Source: Octopus vulgaris | Taxonomy: Eukaryota | Assembly (NCBI GenBank): GCA_951406725.2 | Contig: CATOCA020000001.1 | Location: forward strand, 10,974,001 to 11,038,000 | Direction of reading: 5' to 3' | Length of the DNA stretch: 64,000 bases | Shown here: positions 29,790-42,850 of the stretch, piece after piece | Layout: every line of letters starts with the position of its first letter | Numbering within the stretch: the first letter of the stretch is position 1 | Translations under genes and position numbers: made by a program | The notes under the pieces: model-generated | The model's input: the letters and a program-made list of their open reading frames with translations, nothing else | The model's database searches: none | What the model was told of the DNA's origin: nothing

Positions 29790-31605
29790 AGTCTGAAACC
29801 TATTTAGGGGTAATTTGGGGTCACTAAGTTTTAAAATAGCAATATTTTTCTTTTCTATCACATCACGTGATATTTCCCTATAGACTGGTCCATATTAACC
29901 GACCCATAGCTCCATCTTTCAGAAATTTCTCGATGTGTTTTTGGTAGAGTAGCTTAGCAGTAAGAATCTCAGAGTCAGTTGAGCATTCAGTGAGTGAGGT
30001 TGTGACGCTCTGTTGGCCTCGTATACATACATGTATAGAAGTGTGTTTCCTAATATCTCTGTGCTTCAACGCTCGGTCGTCTCAATCTGCTTTGTTAATC
30101 TCTTCTTACTATCAACAAATGTACAAAAGACATCATCGTTAAACATTTCTGTTGAATATTTATTTTATCCAAGTATTTCGACATCTATTTAGACAAACCT
30201 AGATACATAAATATGCTCTTTGTTCTTTTCTCTCTTTTCACATTTATCTCCTGAAATAATGCAGAGGTTCAGTCGCATGGTGTCATTGCGAAGGAAATGA
30301 TTGAAATTCCCTGACACCTGTGGGTGTTTTACAGTATCAAGTCCAAGAATGAACATTGCTCAATTGACTTACCTGAAGATTAAAGTTGGCAATCGGTATA
30401 AATCATGGGTCCCGCTCAATATATGTAAACCCGGTGCCGAAAAATCTATGCCAATCGACAAAGGACTCAAACAAACAACTAACTTTTGGCATTCCTATGG
30501 CATGGTGAGAACCGAAGAACCATATTAAAGATTGCTACTTTTGTCTCACAAATTCTTCTGGTTATAGCAAGAGATTGCGACAGAACAAATCTGGATTCAT
30601 CAAATCGTCCAATGTTTCACCCAGAACCCAGTTTCAAGGATCTACCGTCATTGCAAGATAAAACTGGTATATGTGAAGTAGATGTAAAACATGAAGATGA
30701 CAGTGATACAGACTTTGTAGTAAGATCGACCAAAGAACGTGAAAACCAGGCAGAACTCAAGTATTTCGTTAGAGACCTACGACTGTCACAAGAGTTATCG
30801 GAACTTATCTTCTAGGCTTAAAGAGAAGAATGTGTTGCAGAAACGTGACTTTTTATCAGAACAAAGAAAAAGTCCTCTTAGCATTCATTACAACTGAAAA
30901 TTATTTTGTTTACTGTTGTGACGTGGCGGGGCTGTTAAATGCGATGGGTGGTGGATACTATGACCGTAGTGAGTTTATAGATAGCTGAAAGAAGTGTCTA
31001 AAATGTTTGTTAGTCCATAATTGAAACTTGTTTGCTGCGCTTCCTATTGGTCACTCTGTGAACTTAAAAGAGAATTATGATCACATAAAAGTTGAATTAG
31101 ATTTACCCAAATCTGATGAACACAAATGGGTCATATGTGTGGATCTAAAAATGCTCAACATTTTACTTGGTCAACAAAGAGTTTACACAAAACATCCGTC
31201 TTTCCTGGGTTTATGCGATAACCAAACGAGAGACAATCATAGGGAGCGGAAACTCTGGCAATTAAGGAAAAGTTTGACTTCTGGAGAGAAGAATATCATA
31301 CACGAAACACTTGTTGAGCGAGAGAAAATCATCTTCTCAACCCTTCATTTTAAACTAGGACTAATGAAGTAATATATCGAAGCTCTTAATGTGGAGAGTA
31401 GCTGTTTCAAATTCATATGTTTAGCATTTCCTGTGTTATGATAAAATAATGGATGGTGTTTTTTGATGGGTCACAAATCCGAAAGTTAATGAAATGCCAG
31501 ACATTCTCGTGCTCGAGGACTGACGTAGAAAAAGAGCATGGGATTCATTTGTGGCTGTTGTGAAAGGATTTGTAGCGAGTGAAAAGGCTGAGAACTACAA
31601 TAAGG
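29790..31605 (+). mobile_element. Chapaev3-like (CMC superfamily) DNA transposon remnant, 3'-truncated
   Basis: Frameshifted motifs K.G...KSWVP..IC, FGIPM.W.EPKNH..DCYFC, LPIGHSV.LKENY, WVICVDLKM..LLGQQ..YTK.P, LHFKLGLMK and FDGSQIRKLM. The family name is from recalled motifs. Confidence 0.7.
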
Positions 31606-31609
31606 ATTC

Positions 31610-32556
<947 letters not shown>

Positions 32557-32981
32557 GTAGTACTCTTTGGAGTAGTCCGTCCGCTTTGGTCCTCCCGTGA
32601 CTCCCACCTCTCACCTGTGGTTCATCAATACTATCAGCATGCAACAGTATCCCCACCCAGGGTCACGGCTGCCGGAGGCTGGCTAAACCATAGTAACGGT
32701 AGCACACGGCCTTTAACCATTGGTGGACTAGGGCTTGTCTATCTAAGGATGTGAACCTGTTGAGTGTGCTGAGGAAACCACTAGACAGGCTCAACGGACC
32801 CGCAAACTTTGTGGAGGGTGAACTGCAACCTGTCTGTAGTTTTCTTGACTTCATCCTTTCACTAGAATCACAGAGGAAGGGACGAGAGAGTGAGTCAGAT
32901 GCTATTGTGCAACCTTCCCTCACTTTAATCCATGTCACGCTCAATTCAAGATATCACACCATCCCAGGGTCAGGTAAAATA

Positions 32982-33224
32982 TTGGGTTGGTGCATAATTA
33001 TTGCGGCTTCTTCAACAAATACTATTCAACAAAAACAATAAAAATATTTATCAAAAACATCTTTAAATGACGTTCTGACCGTCTGTCAAGCGAAAGGGAA
33101 GCAGTAATTGAAGTAGGTGGTGAATATGCTCCGGAATAATCATTTAAAGATGTTTTTGTTACATGTTATTGTTTTTGTTGAATAAAATTTGTTGACAAAA
33201 GCCGCAATATATGCACCAGCCCAA
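32982..33224. mobile_element. Tc1/mariner-type MITE with TA target duplication
   Basis: TA|TTGGGTTGGTGCATAATTATTGCGGCT ... AGCCGCAATATATGCACCAGCCCAA|TA. Confidence 0.85.
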
Positions 33225-35147
33225 TATATGGACACACACACACACACACACACACAGGTCGGCCGACAATGGCAAAGAGACGGACGGAACAACGGTTCGC
33301 CTATTGATGAGAGAAACGGATGTGAGGACATCTGGATGGAACTCCGCTTCAGAGAGCATCGTGCGGTGTGTGGAGGGAGAGAAAGGGACGGAGCGATGGC
33401 GAATGATGCCTATTATTAAAAAGAGAGAGAATAATATAAAATAGTGTTTATAACACATTATCGATAAATATCGAACATTGATCAATGGAATTAGTACAGA
33501 TTGCGACTCCACGTCACTGATTCGTTTTTTATTTCGCTTTTTCACATTTCCAATTCTTTACTTTTCCTTTCACTCTGCCTGCAATCATCACACAGTTTGC
33601 ATGGTCGCTGGAGTGAAGGCAAGTGGCTTAGAGGTTAGGGGTATTCGGGTAAGATTTGGGGTGATATATTAATATATGCTGAGGTGGGAGAGAGAGGATT
33701 TTCTAAGTACCCTTAATTTTTATATGAGTGACAACACAAAACTTTGATATACTTGGCTGTTATTTCTAGCATCACATACGACCACCATTTGGATAATATT
33801 CCTCCGGATGCTTCTTAAAGTCTCCTTCAATCTTTCATGAAAACAATGCAGAATATAGTGTATTGAACTGTCATTTCTACCATCTTACTCGACCACCTGT
33901 AGGACAATATGTTTGATAGACGCTTCGTCAAGTGTCCTGCTTTTATAAAATAAAAACTTTAGAAATTTCAAGGTGTTTGGTTGCTGTTTCACGAATGATG
34001 CGAGACAATAGAGAGGTGAGATTCTTTTATAAAAGTCGAAATGGTTTTGGGAGGGAAACAATGAGATTAAGGGAAAGATAGAGAGTGAGAGTGAGAGAGA
34101 GAGAGAGTAAAAAGAAGGAAAGAATGAAAGAGAGAGAGAGAGAAAAGATAAAAAGAAGGAATGAAAGAAAAGATGAGGGAGGGAAAATGTAACGTGATTC
34201 TGTAATGATGCATAAAATGAGAGCGAAAGAAAGAAAGAAAGCGAAGTGATTCCGTAATAAACAAAGTGATGAGAGCGGGGGAGGGGAAGAAAGACAGAAA
34301 GGGAGAAGGAAAGGTATCAAGAAGGAAAGACAGAAAGAATGAAGGAAGAAAGAAGGAAAAAAGAAAGAAAGAAGGAAAATGAAGGAAAGAAGGAGAGAAA
34401 GATAGGTGTAGGGCGAGAGGGAGAGAGAGAAGAAGGAGAAAAGGAAAGGAAACGAAACAATGACAAAAATAGGAAGGAAGCAAAAGAAAAGAAGCAAAGG
34501 AGAAGGAAAGAAAAAAGAAAGAAGGGTAAGAAGAAGGAAATGATAAACAGAAAGAAAAACAAAGAAAGAAGGAAAATGAAAGAAGGAAATAAAGAAAGAA
34601 AGAATGAGAGAAATGAAGGAAGAAAGAAAGAAAGACAGAAAGGAAAGAAAGAAAGAAAGAAAAAAGAAAGAAAGAAAGGAAAAAAGAAAGAACGACAGAA
34701 AGGAAAGAAAGAAAGAAAGAAAAAGAGAAAGAAAGGAAAGAAAGACAGAAAGAAAAGAAAGACAGAAAAGAAAGAAAAAATAAAGAAAGAAAGAAAAAGA
34801 AAGAAAGACAGAAAGAAAGAAAGACTAAGAGAAATGAGGGAAGAAATAAAGAAAGACAGAAAGGAAAGAAAGACAGAAAAAATAAAGACAGAAAGAATGA
34901 GAGAAATGAAGGAAGAAAGAAAGAAAAACAGAAAGGAAAGATAGATAGAAAGAGGGAAAAAAAGAAAGAAAGAAAAAATAAAGAAAGAAAAAAGAAAGAA
35001 AGAAAAAAGAAAGAAAGAAAAAAGAAAGAAAGAAAAAGAAAGAAAGAAAAAAGAAAGAAAGAAAAAAGAAAGAAAGAAAAAAGAAAGACAGAAAGAAAGA
35101 AAGAAAAAGAATGAAAGACAGAAAGAAAAGAAAAAGAAAGAAAGAAA

Positions 35148-35187
<40 letters not shown>

Positions 35188-35889
35188 GAAAAAAGAAAGA
35201 AAGAATGAGAGAGAGATAGAGAGGAAGGCGACGTAATTCTGTAAAAATGATGAGAAGAAAGAGGGAGAGGGAGAGAGAGAGAGAAGGGAGGAAGGAGGAG
35301 GGATTAGAGAAATAAATGTTAAGAAAAGAGGAGGAGTATGAGATGAGAGAGAAAGAGTAAAAAGGCGGAGCATTAATATATAACAAGGTATTAGAGAGAG
35401 GGAGAGGGAGAAAGGGAGAAAGAGAGAGACAGACAAACAGAGACACGGAGACAGAGAGAGAGACATAAGAAGCGAGAGGGAGAAAGAGAGAGACTGAAAG
35501 AGAGAAATCAAGAGAGCAAAGAGAGAGAAAGACAGACATAGAGAAAGAGAGGGAGATGGAAAGGGAGGAGAAAGGGAGGGAAAGAATGAGGTAAGAGAAT
35601 GAGAGGTGGAGGGAGAGAGAGAATGATACATAGGTTTAGAAAGAGAGGGAGAGTGTGACGTGGGGCGGAGCGCAAAAGAGGTAGAGGGATAGTATGAGAT
35701 ATGAGGTGGTAAAGAGGGAGGGAGAGAGACAAAAAGTAAGGGAGGGGGAAGGAAACAGAGATGATGTATGATATATATATGCTTTGTGAGGGAGGGAGAG
35801 TAAGAGTTGAGAGAAAACGAGGGATGAAGGAGGGGGGTTAAACAATAACATAAATTAGTGACAGTGGGGGAGGGAATGGAGTAGAGAAG

Positions 35890-36340
35890 GAGAGGGAATG
35901 ATGTGTGTGATAAGAAAGGAAGAGGGGAAGGATGAGGTATTAATACAGAATGAGGAAGGAGAGAGAAGAGTTTGTGTGTGATGTGAGAATGATGTGTGTG
36001 ATAAGAAAGGAAGAGGGGAAGGATGAGGTATTAATACAGAATGAGGAAGGAGAGAGAAGAGTTTGTGTGTGATGTGAGAATGATGTGTGTGATAAGAAAG
36101 GAAGAGGGGAAGGATGAGGTATTAATACAGAATGAGGAAGGAGAGAGAAGAGTTTGTGAGTGATGTGAGAATGATGGGTGTGATAAGAAAGGAAGAGGGG
36201 AAGGATGAGGCATTAATACAGAATGAGGAAGGAGAGAGAAGAGTTTGTGAGTGATGTGAGAATGATGTGTGTGATAAGAAAGGAAGAGGGGAAGGATGAG
36301 GCATTAATACAGAATGAGGAAGGAGAGAGAAGAGTTTTGA
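35890..36340. repeat. 91-bp tandem repeat, 5 copies
   Basis: TAATACAGAATGAGG at 35941, 36032, 36123, 36214 and 36305. Confidence 0.97.
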
Positions 36341-36491
36341 AGTGTCCTTCATTTTCATATGAAACACAAAACCAAACTGTAACATACTTGGCTGTTATTT
36401 CTAGCATCACATTTGATCCCCAATTGGACTATATTTCTCCAGATGCTTCTTAAAGTGTCCTTCATGAGTACAATATAAAGTATAGCGTAAT

Positions 36492-37415
36492 GGGCTGTTA
36501 TTTCTAGCAAGATACCAGACCACCAATACGTTTTATAGACGCTTCTTCACTTGGTTTCTCATTCGAGGAAGAAGTCTGACCAGATCCGGGAAAAAGTTTT
36601 ATAAATGCTTCTTAAATTGTCTTTCAATTTCGTATGAAAAACAAAGCAACTTTGAGTGTAGAGGGCTGTTATTTCTAGCAAGACACCAGACCACCAATAC
36701 GTTTTATAGACGCTTCTTCACTTGGTTTCTCATTCGAGGAAGAAGTCTGACCAGATCCGGGAAAAAGTTTTATAAATGCTTCTTAAATTGTCTTTCAATT
36801 TCGTATGAAAAACAAAGCAACTTTGAGTGTAGAGGGCTGTTATTTCTAGCAAGACACCAGACCACCAATACGTTTTATAGACGCTTCTTCACTTGGTTTC
36901 TCATTCGAGGAAGAAGTCTGACCAGATCCGGGAAAAAGATTTATAAATGCTTCTTAAATTGTCTTTCAATTTCGTATGAAAAACAAAGCAACTTTGAGTG
37001 TAGAGGGCTGTTATTTCTAGCAAGACACCAGACCACCAATACGTTTTATAGACGCTTCTTCACTTGGTTTCTCATTCGAGGAAGAAGTCTGACCAGATCC
37101 GGGAAAAAGATTTATAAATGCTTCTTAAATTGTCTTTCAATTTCGTATGAAAAACAAAGCAACTTTGGATGTGGTGGGCTGTTATTTCTAGCAAAATAAC
37201 AGACCACCAATACGTTTTATAGACGCTTCTTCACTTGGTTTCTCATTCGAGGAAGAAGTCTGACCAGATCCGGGAAAAAGTTTTATAAATGCTTCTTAAA
37301 TTGTCTTTCAATTTCGTATGAAAAACAAAGCAACTTTGAGTGTAGTGGGCTGTTATTTCTAGCATGATGTCAAACCAGGTGTAGGAGGATTCTTTGAATA
37401 AATGCTTCTTAAATT
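36492..37415. repeat. 171-bp tandem satellite, 5 near-identical copies plus a diverged partial copy
   Basis: GGGCTGTTATTTCTAGCA at 36492, 36663, 36834, 37005, 37176 and 37347. Confidence 0.98.
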
Positions 37416-37639
37416 GTCCGTCAATGTCTCGGCTATTTAATTTGCTCAATTAAGAACTACACAGTAATTATGTAATTAATGTTTAGTTAAATAATTAGCT
37501 TCTGGTAAAATAATTAGCGAGAGAGAAATTTGAAGGTAAATCTGAAAATATAATTTATTTGTAAGAAAGTAAGGTTTCTTAGGGATAAAAGGAGAGGAAG
37601 AGGGAGAGGGTAAGATATAAGGAGGTGGGGGAGATAGAG

Positions 37640-38382
37640 AGAGAAAGAAAGGAAGAAAGAGTGAGAGAGAGAAACCCTTGGGAAGGGGAGGGATATATTA
37701 ATGTATGAAGAAGCAGAGAGGGGGAGTGAGAGTGGGAGAGAGAGACAGAATGTGTGAGAGAGAGATAGAGAGAGAGAGAAAGGAAGAAAGAGTGAGAGAG
37801 AGAAACCCTAGGGAAGGGGAGGGATATATTAAGGTATGATGAAGCAGAGAGGGGGAGTGAGAGTGGGAGAGAGAGAGAGACAGAATGCGTGAGAGAGAGA
37901 GAGAGAAAGGAAGAAAGAGTGAGAGAGTGAAACCCTAGGGAAGGGGAGGGATATATTAATGTATGAGGAAGCAGAGAGGGGGAGTGAGAGTGGGAGAGAG
38001 AGAGACAGAATGCGTGAGAGAGAGAGAGAGAGAGAAAGAAAGGAAGAAAGAGTGAGAGAGAGAAACCCTAGGGAAGGGGAGGGATATATTAATGTATGAG
38101 GAAGCAGAGAGGGGGAGTGAGAGTGGGAGAGAGAGAGAGACAGAATGCGTGAGAGAGAGAGAGAAAGAAAGGAAGAAAGAGTGAGAGAGAGAAACCCTAG
38201 GGAAGGGGAGGGATATATTAATGTATGAGGAAGCAGAGAAAGAATGAGAGTGGGAGAAAGAGAGAGAGACAGAATGCGTGAGAGAGAGAGAGATAGAAAG
38301 GAAGAAAGAGTGAGAGAGAGAAAGCCTAGGGAAGGGGAGGGATATATTAATGTATGAGGAAGCAGAGAAAGAATGAGAGTGG

Positions 38383-38442
<60 letters not shown>

Positions 38443-38700
38443 AAGGAAGAAAGAGTGAGAGAGAGAAACCCTAGGGAAGGGGAGGGGTATATTAATGTAT
38501 GAGGAAGCAGAGAAAGAATGAGAGTGGGAGAGGGAGAGAGACAGAATGCGTGAGAGAGAGAGAGAGAGAAAGAAAGGAAGAAAGAGTGAGAGAGAGAAAC
38601 CCTTAGGGAAGGGGAGGGATATATTAATGTATGAGGAAGCAGAGAGTGGGAGAGAGAGTGGGAGAGAGAGAGAGAGACAGAATCCGTGAGAGAGAGAGAG
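37640..38700. repeat. GA-rich minisatellite, ~130-bp period, 8 copies
   Basis: AAACCCTAGGGAAGGGGAGGGATATATTAATGTATGAGGAAGCAGAG recurs from ~37672 to ~38597. Confidence 0.95.
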
Positions 38701-39383
38701 AGAGAAAGAGAGAGACAGATATACAGTTAGTGAGGAAGAGGTAGAGGTGAACGCCTTTGCAAGGGAGGTGGGCGGTGATTAAAAGGAATATATAATGAGG
38801 TTCTGAGAGAAAGGAGACAAAGAGGGAGAAGTGGGAGGATATGTTTTGTAGGGGAGGGAGAAAGAGTATGAAAATGCATTAAGGGTTTAGTGAGGTGCAG
38901 GCAGAGGGAATTAAGAGTAAAAGCAAGGGAGGGGGAAGCATTGGGTAATATATGAGGAGGTGGGAGACGGAGGCGAAGAGAAAGAGACAAAGAGGGAGAG
39001 CGCGCTTATTGGACGATATATATTTAGTAATAGGGGAAGGGTATGAGTTAATAAAGAAAGCAAAATGGGCGGAGTCAGTCTACATTATGCAAAGTGGTGG
39101 GAGGAGTCGACGTTGAAAGGGTAAGAACAATAACTCTTATTGAATCCCTTTTCGCTTTAAATTCTATTTTTTTCTTGCGCAGAATTTGAAGATTTCCAAA
39201 AAGGATTTAATGTAAATAATAGATCGAAGGGTTTAATATTACAATTCTTAGCCCTTAATTTCCTCCTCGTAATCTTCACACTGCACCCTGCACCTATTGT
39301 GGATGCAGCTGCTAGAAATAGCAGCCAAACATCGCATACTAAATGAAACCTCTTATTTCTTTAATTGCTTCAAAATTTATTTA

Positions 39384-39508
39384 TTAAGTTGAGGAAAAAG
39401 TTCGTGCGTTTGGTCTTTATTTTGAAGAATATTTGTTGCTTTTGAATAAATTCTTGCATAAAAAAATCATTATTTTAACACGACGCACGGACATTTCCCT
39501 CAATCTAA
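39384..39508. mobile_element. Small mariner-type MITE (125 bp) with TA target duplication
   Basis: TA|TTAAGTTGAGGAAAAAGTTCGTGCGT ... ACGCACGGACATTTCCCTCAATCTAA|TA. Confidence 0.75.
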
Positions 39509-40029
39509 TAGTTTCTATTTTATAATTGGCATTTGGTCAGATAACTGCAAAGATTAGCCATTGACTGTCCACTACAAATAGAAGGGAGCAAGAATATGCA
39601 ATGAAAGTGCAGTTTAGTGCAGCCGTGCACTGGTTGTCGTCGTATTTTAAGCTGCAAAAATGTGAAAGTAAACTTCGAGAAGGAAAGGGATCAGACCGGA
39701 AGTGATGAGAATAGAACAGGAAACAAGTGAATGCCATCTAACGGAGAACAATTCAGCTCATAGTGACGACGCCTCTACCACCGAAACATCTCGACACACT
39801 GTTTTTACTCATCGCAGGCCGGTCTCATGGATGTGTGACGGAGCTGTGTTGCGGGGAAACAGCTACGAGAACGGAAATCGACGGAAATTGACGCATCTCG
39901 ACGGTTATGAAGGAGTTCAGTGAGAAGATATTAAATGCCTTTCGGTATTGCTTCAGATGTTTGACACCCGAATTTCCTGCCTCAGAGCTTCCAGAAAATG
40001 GAGATTTTAAATTATATTTTCTAAAACTG

Positions 40030-40329
40030 AGCTTCTGATGCTGTAAATTGCGATTATATCGGAATATTTGATGAAAACATTTTTCCTTCTTCGATGTGAG
40101 GAGTTTTGGAAAATTCACACAAGGCGTCTGGCTTTCTTCACAACTTTCAGAAAATTAGTAAATTTTTAATGGAATTTTCTATAAATGCCTTTCGGAGTGT
40201 GTCGATTACAATTATATCGGAAATGAATATGAGAAAATTAATTTGGTGGATTATTACACATACACAGTACAACAGGTCACATACCGACAAAAGGAAACTT
40301 GAAATTTCGAAGGAAATTATGATGTGCGT

Positions 40330-40382
<53 letters not shown>

Positions 40383-40602
40383 CAATAGTTTTTCTTTCCA
40401 CATTAAATTCCAATATAATCGCATTTTACACACACTGTAACGTATTTGTAGAAAATTACATTAGAAAATAACCCATTTTTTGTTAAAGTTCTGAGCAAAC
40501 ACAGACAATTCGTGTGAATTTTACGAAACTCATCTTTCCGCCCACAGACAAATTTGTTTCGCTACAAATTCCGATATAATCAGAATGATCACCATCTGAA
40601 GC
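40030..40602. repeat. Diverged foldback (long inverted repeat), arms ~40030-40245 and ~40385-40602 around (TG)n
   Basis: Colinear reverse-complement landmarks GCTTC(T/A)GATG, GATTATATCGGAAT, GAGTTT..AAAATTCACAC and AATTTTCTA(T/C)AAAT. Confidence 0.8.
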
Positions 40603-41189
40603 GTATTAACAGAAAATTTAATTAAATATGGCCGTTTGGCGGGGAGTTATGAGGAAACAAATTCGGTGCGTCGCACACATCTGTGAAAATGTCTGGTTTC
40701 CCAACACAGGTCTTCTGCTGGAAATCGCTGTTCCAGTCGGAAAGCTTCCCGGCTCTCCTCTCCCGCATCTGTGCGTGCCGGTGGGACATTACCGTCAAAT
40801 CCAAGCACCATGAGTCGTCTCTTTTCCTAACTAACATCTCTCTCTCTCTCTCTCTCTCTTTCTCTAATTCTTTTTCTTCTTTCTTTCTCTCTGGGGTTAT
40901 GTTGCAGCCCTACCCAACCACCAGAATCATCCTCACCTGACCTAAGACCGACAATGACAGAGAAAGTAGCTGTCCATCTGCAGCTGACATGTACCCCAAG
41001 CCTCGACTCCTTGAAGCATCAACGGCTTAAAATGTGTAAGAAGCCGGTTCCCATTGTTAACAGCGTGTAGGTCAACGGCAGACATATCTGGTCGGTGGTG
41101 GAAGATTGAGACAGATGCACAGGTATCTCGACGAAATTCAGCTGCGGGGAAGTGGCATCTGTCTTTACGATCAACCATGTGTTTCATTT

Positions 41190-42850
41190 TTTTCTTGAAT
41201 CTTTTATTTAAATAAGAAATTTCAGTGTTTTTCCCTTTTGTACAGACATATTGCGTTTATTAAGTTGTCCAAAAATGTCTGACAAATAGAATAATTTGTA
41301 TAACGAATCTTCATTGTGGAACAAATCTGAATTTAATCCCAGCAGGAATATTATGTCTTCATCTTCTTAAAGTTCTAACAATTGTTTCAAAGCTTCTCCA
41401 TTTCAGATTCATCACACTTCTGTTCTTCATAAAACTTTGCTGAAATTGGATGCCATTTTCTCACAGAAGAGGAAACTATTGAGAACAAGAATTTTAATAA
41501 CGTTAATAATTTTAACCGCTTCTTGTAATATTGCAAAAGTATCTGGAAATATTTTCTGAGAAACAAACACCTCTCAGTGAAGATTGCAATAAGTGACAGA
41601 AATAGGGTTTTTATCTTACAAATTTAACTTGAACCCCAATTTCCCTCCTTATCATAGCTTCCGCATCTTTATTACATACTACATTACATTTATACCATCC
41701 AAGGCCTAGTTCTATCTCTCTTTACCCTTTACTTGTTTCAGTCATTTGACTGCGGCTATGCTGGAGCACTGCCTTTAATCGAGGAACTCGATCCCCGGGA
41801 CTTATTCTTTTATAATCCCAGTACTTATTCTATAGGTCTCTTTTGCCGAACCGCTAAGTGACGGGGACATAAACACACCAGCATCGGTTGTCAAGCAATG
41901 CTAGGGAGACAAACACAGACACACAAACATATACACACACATATATATATACATATATACGACAGGCTTCTCTCTGTTTCCGTCTACCAAAGCCACTCAC
42001 AAGGCATTGGTCGGCCCGGGACTATAGCAGAAGACACTTGCCCAAGATGCCACGCAGTGGGACTGAACCCGGAACCATGTGGCTGGTAAGCAAGCTACTT
42101 ACCAGACAGCCACTCCTGCGCCTATCGTCTACTTTTAGCTACAAAGTCCCCATCTAACGAACCAATCTTCCTGGACCCTATTCTATATTACTATAGTTTG
42201 TAATTTTACTTGCTTCATCTAATTGAATTGCATGTTTAGAGACGTTGTTTAAAAACCTTCGCATAATTTACTCCAATTAATCATTATTCATTTCTGAAAT
42301 ACAAATAGCAACATTATCATTTGACAGACTAACTTGCTTCATCTGCATGTTATTTCAATGAATAATTCCTGATGTTTTCATTGCTGCTGCTAATACAAGT
42401 TCTTCGCCGATGTTGTTTGGGGTTTCTTTTATCTCTTGCAATTAAATAAACAGCTTCAAAAGATGCCCTTAAGTATTTCACTCTGTCTATTGAGTGAATA
42501 ACTTGCTCAAGAGATTGCTTCTGTGTACTGATAGCCTTTCAAAACAATTCTATAGTCTTCTTATTATAAAGGAATGTCTTGAATCAAAACGTTTTAAATT
42601 TTTGTGGGCTTCATATTTTCAGACACCAAACAATTCTTACAAATAAAGCTGACCGGAATTCTTTCAATATTTGTCCAAAGTAAAAGTAAATCCATTATAT
42701 TTCGTCTTTGCTCGTTCTGAAAGAATTACTTATTTCTGAATTCATGACACTCTTTCAAGTTCTTCACTCTCCTCAGTTATATCATCGTCGTTACTTTCTG
42801 CAGTTTTATTCCTCGATAGATTTGGCCATTTTTCTATAGAGAATATATTT
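41190..42850 (-). pseudogene. Decayed hAT transposase of the Buster/Charlie (ZBED5-like) type, interrupted by a SINE
   Basis: Manual minus-strand translation: FICKNCLVSENMKP (~42605-42648), P.NIGEELVL.AA (~42380-42425), SLSNDNV (~42310), HAIQLDEAS (~42205-42235), VC..DAEAM (~41655) and YCNLH (CxxH, ~41580). Confidence 0.75.
41715..42123 (-). mobile_element. Full-length tRNA-derived SINE (octopus-type)
   Basis: Minus strand GGCGCAGGAGTGGCTGTCTGGTAAG..GGGTTCAGTCCC...CCAGCATAGCCGCAGTCAAATGACTGAAACAAGTAAAAG. Confidence 0.85.

Noticed and set aside
36492-37415. CRISPR-like or alpha-satellite reading of the 171-bp array
   Set aside because: Whole units repeat with no unique spacers, no cas genes are present, and no alphoid similarity or CENP-B box was seen.
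37672-38620. AACCCT words as telomeric repeats
   Set aside because: One copy per minisatellite unit; no (TTAGGG)n array.
39311-39323. GCTAGAAATAGCA matches part of the SpCas9 sgRNA scaffold
   Set aside because: Only 13 nt, with no flanking scaffold; it is a variant of the locally abundant GCTAGAAATAACAGCC word.
40622-41187. Short ORFs in GC-balanced sequence
   Set aside because: No recognisable motif; probably an unclassified retroelement UTR fragment, not supportable as CDS.
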